A stretch of DNA of 64,000 nt from assembly GCA_047285305.1 (NCBI GenBank), contig JBJBDL010000003.1, positions 1,952,001 to 2,016,000 on the forward strand, written 5' to 3'. A model generated the notes under the pieces. The model did no database searches. It was not told the origin of the DNA and saw nothing but the letters and a program-made list of their open reading frames with translations. The DNA is from Synechococcus sp. (GTDB lineage Bacteria > Cyanobacteriota > Cyanobacteriia > PCC-6307 > Cyanobiaceae). Shown here in pieces: positions 17,818-28,511 of the stretch. Each line of letters begins with the position of its first letter. Within the stretch, counting starts at the first letter, position 1. Position numbers and translations under genes: made by a program.

Positions 17818-18698
17818 GTGGCTCAGCCGGTTTCCCTCCAAGTTTCCCGCCGCGCCCAACCGCCGCCCTAGCCCAGAACGATTTCGAGAGGTTCACAACC
17901 CGGCGTCCCCATCCGCTGCAGATGGCTCTCCAAGCCTCGAGGAGATCGTTCGAATCACGAATGATGCCGGCCATTCCGATGTCCACCTGGGGGGTAGGGA
18001 AGTGCCGCGCTACCGGGCCCGGAGAGACATAAAGGGCACGGATTGGCCGGTCACCCGCGCCAAGGTCTTTCAGGGATGGCTCCAGGAAATCCTGACGCCA
18101 CATCCTCACAATCGAGGATCCCGTCGAGTTCGTGCATGAGAGCCGCAAGTCCCTCATCCGGCAACGGGAAGTGGCGGTGCACACCCTCAGGTTCCAAAAC
18201 ACCCTGAGGGCCGACCTACAGGAAGACCCCGATGTGATTCTGGTGGGCGAAACACGGGATCAGGAAAACCTTTCCACGGCCCTCGAAGCGGCCCAGACTG
18301 GCCACCTGGTGTTCGGGACCCTGTACACCAATTCAGCGGTGAAGACCGTGGAATGGGTCCTCGGCATGTATTCGCCCGAAGAGCAGGAGAGTGTGCACCG
18401 TTCGTTGTCCGAGTCGCTGCTGGGGGTGATCGCCTAGGGATTGATCAAGACAACAGATGCAAAACGTGCGGCGTATCACTACATCCTGATCAACAACGAT
18501 GCCTGCAAGGACTACATCCAGCGGAGGACGCCCGATGAGGTAGAGGAAATGATGGAACGCAGCAGGTTCGATGGGATGGTGACCACAAATCAATCACTGC
18601 TGGCCCTGGTGGAGGCGGGTCGCATTGATGGCGATCAAGAGGTGGCCGTCAGCCCTAAACCCAATGAGCTGCCTCAGGCCCTGCGGGGCCGAAGCTGA
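17818..18698 (+). pseudogene. pilT: Type IV pilus retraction ATPase PilT, inactivated
   Basis: Fragments SDVHL, ILTIEDPVEFVH, EDPDVILVGE.RD, TGHLVFGTL; apparent frameshift ~17832, frame-changing deletion at ~18095-18100 removing Walker A, TAG at 18435-18437. Confidence 0.92.
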
Positions 18699-18875
18699 TC
18701 AGCCACCGCTGAACACACGCACCAAAAGAACGACAGCAATGCCTGCGGAGAGGCCGATCATCGCCAGACGGCCGTTCCAAATTTCGGCCTGTGGAGTGAA
18801 GCCACGCTTCCAGGCGTTCAGCTCGTCTGCCTCCACGGGCTCCGGAGCTTCTGATCTGGTTTCCGGTTGGTCCAC
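18699..18875 (-). CDS. hli: High-light inducible protein (HLIP)
   Basis: GFTPQAEIWNGRLAMIG chlorophyll-binding motif. Confidence 0.93.
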   Translation of the reverse strand: MDQPETRSEAPEPVEADELNAWKRGFTPQAEIWNGRLAMIGLSAGIAVVLLVRVFSGG

Positions 18876-18917
18876 GACGTAGAGACCGAACAGTTTCCTC
18901 AAGCCTAAAAGGCTTTC

Positions 18918-19991
18918 TTAAAAGGGTGGGTCTGGTAGGTAAAGCGCATTGGCCTGATCCAAGGGCCAGCGGGCGGCAATGCCTGATTCAAGAGAGGTGC
19001 AAGCCGTGTTCTGGCCCAGACGCAGCAAGGCCGCAGCTCCGATCATGGCGGCGTTGTCGGTGCAGAAGGCCAGGGGAGCGATGGAGACCGCTATGCCGCG
19101 CTGCTTCCCCTGTTCGAGCATGCTTTGGCGCAAACGACGGTTTGCTGCGACGCCGCCGACCATCACCAGTTGCTGAACATCATGGTCTTCAGCACAGCGA
19201 AGGCTGCGCTGCACCAGAACATCAGCCACCACCTGCTCGAAACTAGCGGCCAGATCGGAAAGAGGCAGCGGATCGGATTTTTGCCGCAGGGTTTCCACGG
19301 TTCTCAGCATGGCGGTCTTGAGACCACTGAAGGAGAAGTCGTAGGGGTGAAACCCACCGCCCGGCAACGAAATCCGCCCCTTGGGCAGGCGGAAGCGCGT
19401 TGCATCACCCGTTTCGGCAACAGCCTGGATGGCAGGACCTCCGGGGTATCCCAGACCAAGCAGACGCGCCACCTTGTCAAAAGCTTCTCCAGCGGCATCG
19501 TCATGGCTTCGGCCAAGGCGCGTCATCCCGCCGTCGTCAGCCACCAGGATCAGCTCCGTGTGCCCCCCGCTCACCAGCAACACCAGATACGGAACCTGCG
19601 GCGGAGCATCTCCAAGCATCACCGAGGCCAAATGGCCCTCCAGATGATGAACCCCGAGAAAGGGGCGCTCATGCAGCGCGGCAAGGGTGCGGCCAGTCAC
19701 CGAGGCCACCATCAGAGCCCCGGCCAGACCTGGAGTGATCGTGGCCGCGATGGCATCCATTTGCTCCAGAGCGACACCTGCCTCGTGAACAACGACATCC
19801 ACCAGCCCAGGCAGGGCCTCGACATGGCGGCGCGAAGCGATTTCGGGCACCACACCACCCCAGCGGGCATGCTCCTCCACCTGAGATGCAATTCGCGACG
19901 CCAGAACCTCGATTCGACCATCCGCGTGACGGCGCAGGACCGCTGCAGCGGACTCGTCACAACTTGTTTCGAGGGCAAGCACTGCATGCAT
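18918..19991 (-). CDS. tsaD: tRNA N6-adenosine threonylcarbamoyltransferase
   Basis: [35 protein letters not shown]. Confidence 0.97.
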   Translation of the reverse strand: MHAVLALETSCDESAAAVLRRHADGRIEVLASRIASQVEEHARWGGVVPEIASRRHVEALPGLVDVVVHEAGVALEQMDAIAATITPGLAGALMVASVTGRTLAALHERPFLGVHHLEGHLASVMLGDAPPQVPYLVLLVSGGHTELILVADDGGMTRLGRSHDDAAGEAFDKVARLLGLGYPGGPAIQAVAETGDATRFRLPKGRISLPGGGFHPYDFSFSGLKTAMLRTVETLRQKSDPLPLSDLAASFEQVVADVLVQRSLRCAEDHDVQQLVMVGGVAANRRLRQSMLEQGKQRGIAVSIAPLAFCTDNAAMIGAAALLRLGQNTACTSLESGIAARWPLDQANALYLPDPPF

Positions 19992-20068
19992 CGAAACGAT
20001 GCACCTCCCCTACTGTCCGACTTGTGACATCTTGCCCTTTCGGGGCACCGTTCAGAGGAATTGTTCCG

Positions 20069-20545
20069 ATGCGTCGTCTATTCGCCGTCGTGCTTTCAGC
20101 ACTCCTGGTGTTCGGCTTCGCCCCCGTCGCCAAGGCGGATGTGGCTGGCCTCACACCCTGCTCAGAAAGCGCCCGCTTCCAGCAGCGTGCTGCCGCTGCC
20201 ACCACGCCTCAGGCCAAAGCCCGCTTCGAGATGTACAGCCAGGCCTCCTGTGGTGAGGATGGCCTTCCCCACTTGATCGTCGATGGCCGCTGGAGCCACG
20301 CCGGTGATTTTGTTTATCCCGGGATCATGTTTCTGTACGTCGCGGGCTGCATCGGCTGGGCCGGTCGTGAGTACCTGAAAGCAACTCGCGGCAAGAATGC
20401 TGCCCAGTACGAAATCTTTATCGATCGCAGCATCGCCATCAAGAGCCTTCTGGCTGCTGCCACCTGGCCTCTGGCTGCTTTCGGTGAATTCACCAGCGGC
20501 AAGCTGCTCGAAGACGACAGCAAGGTGACCGTTTCACCACGCTGA
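20069..20545 (+). CDS. psaF: Photosystem I subunit III
   Basis: [23 protein letters not shown]-terminal TVSPR. Confidence 0.97.
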   Translation: MRRLFAVVLSALLVFGFAPVAKADVAGLTPCSESARFQQRAAAATTPQAKARFEMYSQASCGEDGLPHLIVDGRWSHAGDFVYPGIMFLYVAGCIGWAGREYLKATRGKNAAQYEIFIDRSIAIKSLLAAATWPLAAFGEFTSGKLLEDDSKVTVSPR

Positions 20546-20577
20546 TTCAATCGACTTCAACCATTGCTCCCTCAACA

Positions 20578-20694
20578 ATGAACAAGTTTCTGACCGCAGC
20601 CCCAGTGGTTGCAGCCATCTGGTTCACCGCCACCGCAGGAATCCTGATCGAATGGAACCGCTTCTTCCCCGATCTTCTCTTCCATCCGATGTGA
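20578..20694 (+). CDS. psaJ: Photosystem I subunit IX
   Basis: [38 protein letters not shown] directly after psaF; below ORF-track cutoff. Confidence 0.96.
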   Translation: MNKFLTAAPVVAAIWFTATAGILIEWNRFFPDLLFHPM

Positions 20695-20712
20695 ATCTGG
20701 GTTGATCTTCTA

Positions 20713-20759
20713 CAGGCACAAAAAAAGGGAACCCTTGGGATCCCTTTTTTTTGTGCCTG
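20713..20759. terminator. Bidirectional intrinsic terminator between psaJ and gmk
   Basis: CAGGCACAAAAAAAGGGA...TCCCTTTTTTTTGTGCCTG inverted repeat with A and T tracts. Confidence 0.85.
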
Positions 20760-20786
20760 CCCCCCGTTGCGAAAATCAGCTCTGCG

Positions 20787-21344
20787 TCATCCCAGCCCCA
20801 TCAGCGTCTCCACCTGGTTCAACGCTGCTTCGAGATCGTCATTGATCACGACAGCGTCGAATTCCTGTTGGGCCTCGAGCTCCTCGCGAGCGCGAGTCAA
20901 GCGGCGCTGAATGGCGTCCTCCGCATCGGTTCCGCGCCCACGGATCCTGCGCTCCAATTCTTCAAAGCTGGGGGGAGCCAGAAAAATCTGAAAGCCGTCC
21001 GGAAAACTGCGACGTACCTGTCGGGCACCTTCCAACTCAATCTCCAGAAGCACAGGGCGCCCCGCCGCCATCTGTTCTTCAACAGGAGCTCGGGGGGTGC
21101 CGTAGCAATTCCCCGCGAATTCCGCCCACTCGAGAAAACCTCCCTGCTCCACCAAGGCCTCAAACCCCGCACGGCTGTGGAAGAAGTAGTTGATGCCGTC
21201 CTGCTCCCCCTGGCGCGGAGAACGGGTGGTGGCCGACACTGACAGCCAAATCTGGGGATGCCGTTCCAGCAGCTGGTTCACCAGCGTTCCCTTGCCGACT
21301 CCACTTGGGCCGGTAATCAAGGTGAGCCTTCCACTGGTGGACAT
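20787..21344 (-). CDS. gmk: Guanylate kinase
   Basis: [27 protein letters not shown]. Confidence 0.97.
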   Translation of the reverse strand: MSTSGRLTLITGPSGVGKGTLVNQLLERHPQIWLSVSATTRSPRQGEQDGINYFFHSRAGFEALVEQGGFLEWAEFAGNCYGTPRAPVEEQMAAGRPVLLEIELEGARQVRRSFPDGFQIFLAPPSFEELERRIRGRGTDAEDAIQRRLTRAREELEAQQEFDAVVINDDLEAALNQVETLMGLG

Positions 21345-21430
21345 CGCGGCGTCTGCGTGGGTCAGCAGAGTAGGAAGCCCCAATGCCCCGCCCGGTGCTC
21401 CAGGTGATCGCCTCCACCAACCTGCAGCCA

Positions 21431-23110
21431 ATGGATCTCACCACGCTGCGCGCGGTGCTCTGGGATCTGCGCCCAAAGCTGGTGCCCAGCCGCTTCGAGA
21501 AGGCCCAACAACCGGACCCGTCAACGATTCAACTGGGATGCCGCAGCCTCGAGGGGATGGTGTGGCTGGAACTGAGCTGGCAAGCCGAAGCACCTCGGCT
21601 GGTGGAGGTCAACCCTCCCCCGCGCAGCGGCAGCGGCAGCACCTTCGCCCAGCAGTTGCAACACAGCCTCCGCCAGCTGGCTCTGGTGGAGCTCCACCAG
21701 AGCGGTTTTGAACGGGTGGTGGAATTCCGGTTTGCCCAACGCCCTGGGGAACCGATCCAGCGGGTGCTCGTGCTGGAGCTGATGGGACGGCACAGCAACC
21801 TGCTGCTATTGGATGAGCAGCGCCGGATCATTGCCCTGGGGCGACAGGTCCGGAACCATCAGTCCCGCGTGCGCCCTCTCTCCACCGGTGATTCCTACAG
21901 CCCACCTCCGATGCTGCAGGGGTTGGCACCGGATCCAACGGAGGACTTTGAACGCTGGAAGGAGCGGCTCTCTCTTGTCCCGATCCCCCTGCGCAAGGCC
22001 CTGCAGCAGACCTATCAGGGGATCAGCCCAGCCCTTGCTCTACAGCTCGCCGGCAACCATCTGAACACCCCGGTGGACAGCCTGGATGCACGCCACTGGT
22101 GCCAACTCTTTGAGCGCTGGTCGCTCTGGTTGGACCAGCTGGAGCGTGAGCAGTTTGCCCTGGTGGTGGAGAACGACGGTCGATACCGGGTCTGGGGGTC
22201 TCCCCGGGGTGAAGTGCATCCACAGCCCGCTCTGGCGCTCACGCTTGGATCCCTGAACCAGCAATGCCAAGAGCAACGGGCCCTGGCACGGGTCAGCCAA
22301 GACCTGCGGCAACGCCTGGAGCGTTGGCGCAGCAAAGAACATGCAGCCCAACAGGACCAAAACCAGCGCCTGAAGGCCACAGACGGGCATGGGGCGCTTC
22401 AACGCCAAGCGGACGCTCTCCTCTGCCTTGGCGACCCAAGCCGCGACCAGGTCGATGAAGCCCAGTCGCTCTATCGCAGGGCCAAAAAACTGCGGAGATC
22501 GCGCCCGATCCTTGAGCAGCGGCTGGAGCACCATCAGCAACGTCTTGAGCTGATCAGCGCGAGCGAAACCTTCATCGAGGATCAACTGAGCGCAACCTGG
22601 CAGGACGGACCGGCGCGCCTAGCCGCCCTGAATGATCTGCGGGAGGAACTCGATGAGCTGTTACAGCCCAAGGAACGCCGTCGCAGCACGCGACAGCAGC
22701 GACAACGGGACCAGCCCAAGCCGCTGGAACTGAACAGTCCCGGAGGTCTGAAGGTGCAGGTGGGGCGGAATCACCGCCAGAACGACTGGATCTCGCTGCG
22801 CCAAGCCCGCAGTGGTGACCTCTGGTTTCACGCCCAGGAATGCCCGGGAAGTCATGTGGTGTTGAAGAGCTCCAACGGGCTGGCCGATGAATCCGACCTG
22901 GCGATGGCAACGGATCTGGCGGCCTATTTCAGCCGCGCTCGGGGCAACACGCGGGTGGCGGTGGTGATGGTGCCCACCGATCAGCTGCAGCGCATTCCCG
23001 GTGCCGCCCCGGGCACCGTGCGCCATGGACAAGCTGAAATCCGCTGGGGGGATCCCCAGGGCGCGGAAGAGCGGCTGCTTGCCCCTAGCCTGAGCCCACA
23101 CTCGGGCTGA
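21431..23110 (+). CDS. rqcH: NFACT/RqcH (FbpA-like) ribosome quality-control protein
   Basis: [37 protein letters not shown]. Confidence 0.9.
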   Translation: MDLTTLRAVLWDLRPKLVPSRFEKAQQPDPSTIQLGCRSLEGMVWLELSWQAEAPRLVEVNPPPRSGSGSTFAQQLQHSLRQLALVELHQSGFERVVEFRFAQRPGEPIQRVLVLELMGRHSNLLLLDEQRRIIALGRQVRNHQSRVRPLSTGDSYSPPPMLQGLAPDPTEDFERWKERLSLVPIPLRKALQQTYQGISPALALQLAGNHLNTPVDSLDARHWCQLFERWSLWLDQLEREQFALVVENDGRYRVWGSPRGEVHPQPALALTLGSLNQQCQEQRALARVSQDLRQRLERWRSKEHAAQQDQNQRLKATDGHGALQRQADALLCLGDPSRDQVDEAQSLYRRAKKLRRSRPILEQRLEHHQQRLELISASETFIEDQLSATWQDGPARLAALNDLREELDELLQPKERRRSTRQQRQRDQPKPLELNSPGGLKVQVGRNHRQNDWISLRQARSGDLWFHAQECPGSHVVLKSSNGLADESDLAMATDLAAYFSRARGNTRVAVVMVPTDQLQRIPGAAPGTVRHGQAEIRWGDPQGAEERLLAPSLSPHSG

Positions 23111-23136
23111 CCTGTTGCGCCGCCCGCCCCGCGTCC

Positions 23137-23940
23137 GTGTCTGAGCGCCCTGAAGGTCCCCCAGCTCTGCAACCACCACCACCCATTCGCATTGGGAGGG
23201 CACCTGGTGATGCCGATCTGCCCCATGAGGTGGAGATGCCTCTGGTGGATCACCTGGAGGAACTGCGTCAACGGGTTCTGCGCAGCTTGCTGGCCATTGT
23301 TGTTGCAGCGCTGACCTGCCTGCTGGGGGTCAAGCCGCTGGTGCGTCTGCTGGAAGCGCCAGCCAGCGGAATTCATTTTCTTCAACTGGCACCGGGCGAG
23401 TTTTTATTCGTCTCGCTGAAGGTGGCCGGCTACGCCGGCCTCACCCTGGCCCTGCCCTATGTGCTGTTTCAGATCCTGGCCTTCGTGCTGCCGGGCCTGA
23501 CGATCCGCGAACGACGCCTGATTGCCCCTGCTGTCGCCGGCTCCGCGGTTCTTTTCATGGCGGGCCTGGCCTTTGCCTGGTGGGCCCTGGTGCCAGCCGC
23601 CCTTCATTTTTTGGTGAGCTACGGCGCCGATGTGGTGGAGCCGCTCTGGTCGATCGAGCGCTACCTGGATTTTGTTCTGCTGCTGATGCTGGCCACCGGG
23701 CTGGCGTTTCAGCTCCCCGTTCTGCAACTGCTACTCGGGGCCCTGGGGCTAGTGCGCTGGAGGCCGATGCTTGGGGCCTGGCGCTGGGTTGTACTGGGTT
23801 CAGCCCTTGCTGGAGCTGTGCTGACGCCATCCACCGATCCGATCACGATGCTGCTGCTGGCTGGAGCGATCACGGCACTGTTCCTGATCGGCGTCGGCCT
23901 GGTGGCCCTGACCGAATCCTTCAGACAAGAAACTCCTTGA
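23137..23940 (+). CDS. tatC: Twin-arginine translocase subunit TatC
   Basis: EMPLVDHLEELRQR, FVLPGL...ERR, LTPSTDP. Confidence 0.97.
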   Translation: MSERPEGPPALQPPPPIRIGRAPGDADLPHEVEMPLVDHLEELRQRVLRSLLAIVVAALTCLLGVKPLVRLLEAPASGIHFLQLAPGEFLFVSLKVAGYAGLTLALPYVLFQILAFVLPGLTIRERRLIAPAVAGSAVLFMAGLAFAWWALVPAALHFLVSYGADVVEPLWSIERYLDFVLLLMLATGLAFQLPVLQLLLGALGLVRWRPMLGAWRWVVLGSALAGAVLTPSTDPITMLLLAGAITALFLIGVGLVALTESFRQETP

Positions 23941-24337
23941 TCAGCGTTTCTGCCTCCGGCCCTGTCGCCTCCAGCGGAAGACTCAACGCCTTGCCAAGAC
24001 GGGGTTTATCACGGGTGGAACCAAGCCATTGGCGCACCTCACCAGCCAAACCAAGACGATTCACAACATCCAGCACCTCACCGAGATGCTGCCGATAGGC
24101 CTCAAGGTCCATCGGAAACGACTGTTGCTCGAGATAGGCCCACATCACCTGGAGGTACAAACGACGGCGTCGAACCACCAGCTGAAGGTCGTAAGTCGCC
24201 CTCCAGCGCTGGCGTAGACAGGCCATAACCTCGTCGACACTGAGCGGCGGCTCGGGCACGGCGCTGGCGATTTCAAGCACAGAAGCAGGAGCAGCAGGGG
24301 CAGGAAGACGCCTGTCGTTGCAAAGTTTGACAGGCAC
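23921..24337 (-). CDS. DUF3067 family protein (start uncertain)
   Basis: W...YDLQL....RLYLQVMWAYLEQQSFP, KPRLGKA. Confidence 0.85.
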   Translation of the reverse strand: MPVKLCNDRRLPAPAAPASVLEIASAVPEPPLSVDEVMACLRQRWRATYDLQLVVRRRRLYLQVMWAYLEQQSFPMDLEAYRQHLGEVLDVVNRLGLAGEVRQWLGSTRDKPRLGKALSLPLEATGPEAETLIKEFLV

Positions 24338-24384
24338 TTAAGCATCCATAATGGTCGGCAATCCGAGCTGGATGAACGTCCGCC

Positions 24385-24921
24385 ATGACCCAACTCTCCT
24401 CGAGCGATGTGCCCGGAATGGGTCGTCGGCAGTTCATGAATCTGCTGACGTTTGGCTCCGTCACCGGTGTGGCCCTGGGGGCCCTCTACCCGGTAGCGAA
24501 TTACTTCATCCCCCCAAAGGCCGCAGGCAGTGGCGGTGGCACCAGTGCCAAGGATGAGCTGGGCAACCCAATTACAGCCAGCGGCTGGCTCTCCAGCCAC
24601 CCCGAGGGCGATCGCAGCCTGGTTCAGGGCCTTAAGGGTGATCCCACCTATTTAATCGTTGAAGGTGAAGACGCCATCGGCAGCTATGGCATCAACGCCA
24701 TCTGCACCCACCTCGGTTGCGTTGTTCCCTGGAACAGCGGCGCCAACAAGTTCATGTGCCCTTGCCATGGCAGTCAGTACGACGCCACCGGCAAAGTGGT
24801 CCGTGGCCCTGCCCCTCTTTCCCTGGCCCTGGCGAACGTCAGCGTGGAGAACGACAACGTGTTCGTGAGCCAGTGGACGGAAACCGACTTCCGAACTGGT
24901 GATAAGCCCTGGTGGGCCTGA
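24385..24921 (+). CDS. petC: Cytochrome b6f Rieske iron-sulfur subunit
   Basis: CTHLGC and CPCHGSQY Rieske motifs; RRQFMN Tat-type N-terminus. Confidence 0.98.
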   Translation: MTQLSSSDVPGMGRRQFMNLLTFGSVTGVALGALYPVANYFIPPKAAGSGGGTSAKDELGNPITASGWLSSHPEGDRSLVQGLKGDPTYLIVEGEDAIGSYGINAICTHLGCVVPWNSGANKFMCPCHGSQYDATGKVVRGPAPLSLALANVSVENDNVFVSQWTETDFRTGDKPWWA

Positions 24922-24959
24922 TCTTTCCCTTCCCTACGCCTGCATCTCCTCACCGTCCC

Positions 24960-25895
24960 ATGCGTCGTCACCTCTCCCTCTTCCTTGGATCTCTGGTCAT
25001 CGGACTGGCTCTGCTGATCGCTCCGGCTGCCAGCTGGGCGTATCCCTTCTGGGCTCAACAGAACTACGACAGCCCCAGGGAAGCCACCGGCAAGATTGTT
25101 TGCGCCAACTGCCACCTGGCCAAAAAGCTGACCCAGGCTGAAGTTCCCCAGTCGGTACTCCCCGACAGCGTCTTCACCGCCAGCGTCAAGGTTCCCTACG
25201 AAAAGGGCCTGCAAGAGATCGGTGCGGACGGCAGCGATGTGGGCCTGCAGGTGGGCGCTGTTGTGATGCTTCCTGATGGCTTCACCCTGGCTCCTCAGGA
25301 CCGCTGGACCGATGAGATAAAGGAGGAAACTGAAGGCGTCTACTTCACCCAGTACAGCGACGAACAGCCCAACATCCTGCTGGTGGGACCGATTCCTGGT
25401 GATGAGCACCAAGAGATCGTCTTCCCTGTTCTGTCGCCTGATCCCGCCACCGACAGCAACATCCACTTCGGCAAATACCAGATCCACGTGGGTGGCAACC
25501 GCGGCCGTGGCCAGGTGTATCCCACCGGTGAGAAGAGCAACAACACCGTCTACACAGCTCCTGCCAGCGGCACCATTTCCTCCATCGAACCCGGCGACAA
25601 CGGCGCCAGCCTGGTCAGCATCAAGGCGGCTGACGGCAGCAGCGTGAGCGAGACCATTCCGGTTGGTCCTGAGGTTCTGGTCAATGTTGGCGACAGCATC
25701 GAAGCCGGTGCTGCCCTGACCAACGACCCAAACGTGGGCGGCTTCGGCCAGGTGGACGCAGAGATTGTTCTGCAGAACCCGGTTCGGATCTATGGACTGC
25801 TCGCCTTCTTCGCGGCTGTGGCTCTGGCTCAGATCATGCTGGTGCTGAAGAAAAAGCAGATCGAAAAGGTTCAGGCAGCTGAAGGCAACTTCTGA
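24960..25895 (+). CDS. petA: Apocytochrome f
   Basis: YPFWAQ, CANCH heme motif, GGNRGRGQ. Confidence 0.98.
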   Translation: MRRHLSLFLGSLVIGLALLIAPAASWAYPFWAQQNYDSPREATGKIVCANCHLAKKLTQAEVPQSVLPDSVFTASVKVPYEKGLQEIGADGSDVGLQVGAVVMLPDGFTLAPQDRWTDEIKEETEGVYFTQYSDEQPNILLVGPIPGDEHQEIVFPVLSPDPATDSNIHFGKYQIHVGGNRGRGQVYPTGEKSNNTVYTAPASGTISSIEPGDNGASLVSIKAADGSSVSETIPVGPEVLVNVGDSIEAGAALTNDPNVGGFGQVDAEIVLQNPVRIYGLLAFFAAVALAQIMLVLKKKQIEKVQAAEGNF

Positions 25896-25900
25896 TCGCT

Positions 25901-26779
25901 ATGGCTGTTGAAGCCCTGTTTCCCCTGGCGGCCTTCCAGTCGCCAGGGGAATTTTTGCCTCACACCCAAAACTGGTTCCTTCCCCTGCGCTGGTACGGGC
26001 TGCTGATTGCAACAGCCGTCTTGATTGGACTGAACCTCTCCAGCCAACTAGCCAAGCTTCGACAGCTGGAGAACAGCCTGATCAGCGATCTCCTGCCCGT
26101 GCTCGTGCTGTTTGCCGTGATCGGAGCACGTATTTACTACGTGGCCTTCGAGTGGCACAACTACGCCTCCAACCCGCTAAGAGCCCTGGCCATCTGGGAG
26201 GGAGGGATTGCCATCCACGGTGCTTTGCTGGCAGGAACAATCACGCTGATCCTGTTTTGCCGCTGGCGCCGGCAAACTTTCTGGGATGTGCTGGACGTGT
26301 TGGTTCCCTCCGTGGCCTTGGGACAGGCCATCGGTCGCTGGGGGAATTTCTTCAATTCAGAGGCCTTCGGGGTTCCAACTGACCTGCCTTGGAAGCTGTT
26401 CATCCCGGCGCAGAGCCGCCCTGTGATGTACAGCACTTCGGAATTTTTCCACCCGACGTTCCTCTACGAATCGATCTGGAACCTGCTGCTCTTCGGACTG
26501 CTGATGCTGCTCTTTCGCCGCGGACTCCAAGCACCTGGGATGCTCCCATCGGGCGCCATGAGTTGTGTGTATTTGGTGGGATACAGCCTTGGCCGTGTCT
26601 GGATCGAAGGTCTGCGCATTGATCCTCTCTGCATCGGTTCGCTTCCACCGGCTTGCGACGGGGGGATCCGCATCGCCCAATTGATGAGTTGCACCCTGGT
26701 CGCGCTCGGCGTACTAGGGCTTTGGTGGCTATATCAACGGAAGCGACCCCTGCCTGATCCATCAGGCCAACGCAGTTGA
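25901..26779 (+). CDS. lgt: Prolipoprotein diacylglyceryl transferase
   Basis: [35 protein letters not shown]. Confidence 0.97.
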   Translation: MAVEALFPLAAFQSPGEFLPHTQNWFLPLRWYGLLIATAVLIGLNLSSQLAKLRQLENSLISDLLPVLVLFAVIGARIYYVAFEWHNYASNPLRALAIWEGGIAIHGALLAGTITLILFCRWRRQTFWDVLDVLVPSVALGQAIGRWGNFFNSEAFGVPTDLPWKLFIPAQSRPVMYSTSEFFHPTFLYESIWNLLLFGLLMLLFRRGLQAPGMLPSGAMSCVYLVGYSLGRVWIEGLRIDPLCIGSLPPACDGGIRIAQLMSCTLVALGVLGLWWLYQRKRPLPDPSGQRS

Positions 26780-27537
26780 GTCACGTTGTCAGTTTCGTCG
26801 GCGCAGGCCCCGGTGCTCCAGACCTGCTCACCCTTCGCGCAGCTGAACGTCTGAAAATGGCCGACGTGCTGATCTGGACTGATTCACTGGTCTGTCCAGC
26901 CATCGCCGATTTGGCGCCGGCGGATTGCGAACGCATCCGCACCAGCACTACCACGCTCGAAGAGCTGATCCCGCTTGTAATCGATCGGCAGCGCCAGGGC
27001 AAACGGGTGGTGCGGCTCCACGATGGAGACACCGCCCTCTACAGCGCCATCAATGAACAGATCTGCGCCCTAAGTGACGCCGAAATCCCTGTGGAAGTGA
27101 TACCCGGAATTAGCGCTTACCAAGCGGCAGCCGCCGGACTCGCCAGCGAACTCACCCTTCCAGGCGTGGTGCAAACCATTGTTCTCAGTCGCGCTGGAGG
27201 TCGCACCGGCGTGCCGAAACGGGAACAGCTGGATCGGCTGGCCGCCCTACGCGCCAGCCTCTGCATCTATCTGAGTGCACGACACGTTGAAGAGGTGCAA
27301 ACCACCCTTCTGGAGCACTACCCCGCCGAAACGCCAGTAGCCATAGGACATCGGGTGAGCTGGCCTGATCAGATGCTCACCGTGGTCCCTCTCAGGGAGA
27401 TGGCTGCGGTTAGTCGGGATCGCAATCTGATTCGCACAACGCTTTATGTGGTGAGTCCGGCCCTCGCCGGTGGTCCTCAGCGCTCACGGCTTTACTCGCC
27501 TGACCACGACCACCTGTTCCGTCCGAAACCCCAATAG
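26776..27537 (+). CDS. cobM: Precorrin-4 C11-methyltransferase
   Basis: [37 protein letters not shown]. Confidence 0.93.
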   Translation: MSHVVSFVGAGPGAPDLLTLRAAERLKMADVLIWTDSLVCPAIADLAPADCERIRTSTTTLEELIPLVIDRQRQGKRVVRLHDGDTALYSAINEQICALSDAEIPVEVIPGISAYQAAAAGLASELTLPGVVQTIVLSRAGGRTGVPKREQLDRLAALRASLCIYLSARHVEEVQTTLLEHYPAETPVAIGHRVSWPDQMLTVVPLREMAAVSRDRNLIRTTLYVVSPALAGGPQRSRLYSPDHDHLFRPKPQ

Positions 27538-27562
27538 GCGGTGGTTTAAGATCGATTTGTGC

Positions 27563-27634
<72 letters not shown>

Positions 27635-27731
27635 TATTTTTTGGTGGGATTTAATCCTTTGGTATTCATTAGGTGCTGACTGCACTGTGGAATGGGCCTA
27701 AGTTCTGTTTTTAACTAGGTCGATTGACCCA

Positions 27732-28511
27732 TTGATGAACAAGCGGAGTCTTGCGGACGACCAAGGCAAAGCCACGGGCCTGGTTGACGCAGGGCGACAG
27801 TTGGCCGAGGCAAGGGCTGCTGCAGGTCTGACCCAGAACCAGCTCGCCAGCCAGCTGCACATGGGCGAGGAGCAACTGGCTGCACTGGAGCGAGGCGATC
27901 AAGCCGAACTGCCTGAACCCGTATTCATCAAGGCCATGGTGCGACGGATCAGTTCGCATCTGGGTTTGGATGCTGACACCATGGTTCAGACCCTCGGCCC
28001 CCTCACCACCAAGCCGCCCAAATGGGCGACTGCCGGGTCAACACCGCAGGGCATCACTCCTCAGAAACAGAGGAAATTCAATCCGCTTCCCCTCGTAACC
28101 CTCACCGGGCTTACTGGCCTTGGCATTGTTGTATGGAGCAACGCCTCCGAGTTGACGCGCTTCGCCCAGGGGTTGAAGCCTGCCAATCCAACCCTTGAGC
28201 CAAGCGAAACCGATCTGGAGGTGACAAAGGTTGCAGATGAGCGCGATGCCCTCATCGTTCCAGCGCAATCAACCGAAGACCTGGGCCTCACGATCAGCAG
28301 CAGTGAACCCAGCTGGATCGCCCTACGGCGTAAGGGAATTGTGGAATTCGAAGGGCTGTTGAACGGTGAGCGCAGGATTGACAATCCCGATCATGTGGAG
28401 ATCTACGCCGGTCGGCCTGATCTGGTCCAGCTGAGTTCTCCCGACGCCGAGACACGAACCCTTGGCGCGGTGGATGACATCCGCTGGATCCCTCTCAGCC
28501 CTGCACCCTGA
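27732..28511 (+). CDS. RodZ-like protein (HTH, TM, DUF4115-like domain)
   Basis: G..L..AR...GL.....A..L...EQL.ALE.G....LPEPVFI HTH, central TM, SWI C-terminal domain. Confidence 0.85.
   Translation: MMNKRSLADDQGKATGLVDAGRQLAEARAAAGLTQNQLASQLHMGEEQLAALERGDQAELPEPVFIKAMVRRISSHLGLDADTMVQTLGPLTTKPPKWATAGSTPQGITPQKQRKFNPLPLVTLTGLTGLGIVVWSNASELTRFAQGLKPANPTLEPSETDLEVTKVADERDALIVPAQSTEDLGLTISSSEPSWIALRRKGIVEFEGLLNGERRIDNPDHVEIYAGRPDLVQLSSPDAETRTLGAVDDIRWIPLSPAP

Noticed and set aside
24608..24615. HIP1 (GCGATCGC) sites
   Set aside because: Only a few scattered copies noticed in 64 kb, with no enrichment, as expected for marine Synechococcus
27635..27731. AT-rich stretch after tRNA-Val as an integration scar
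   Set aside because: No duplicated tRNA 3' end and no mobility gene nearby
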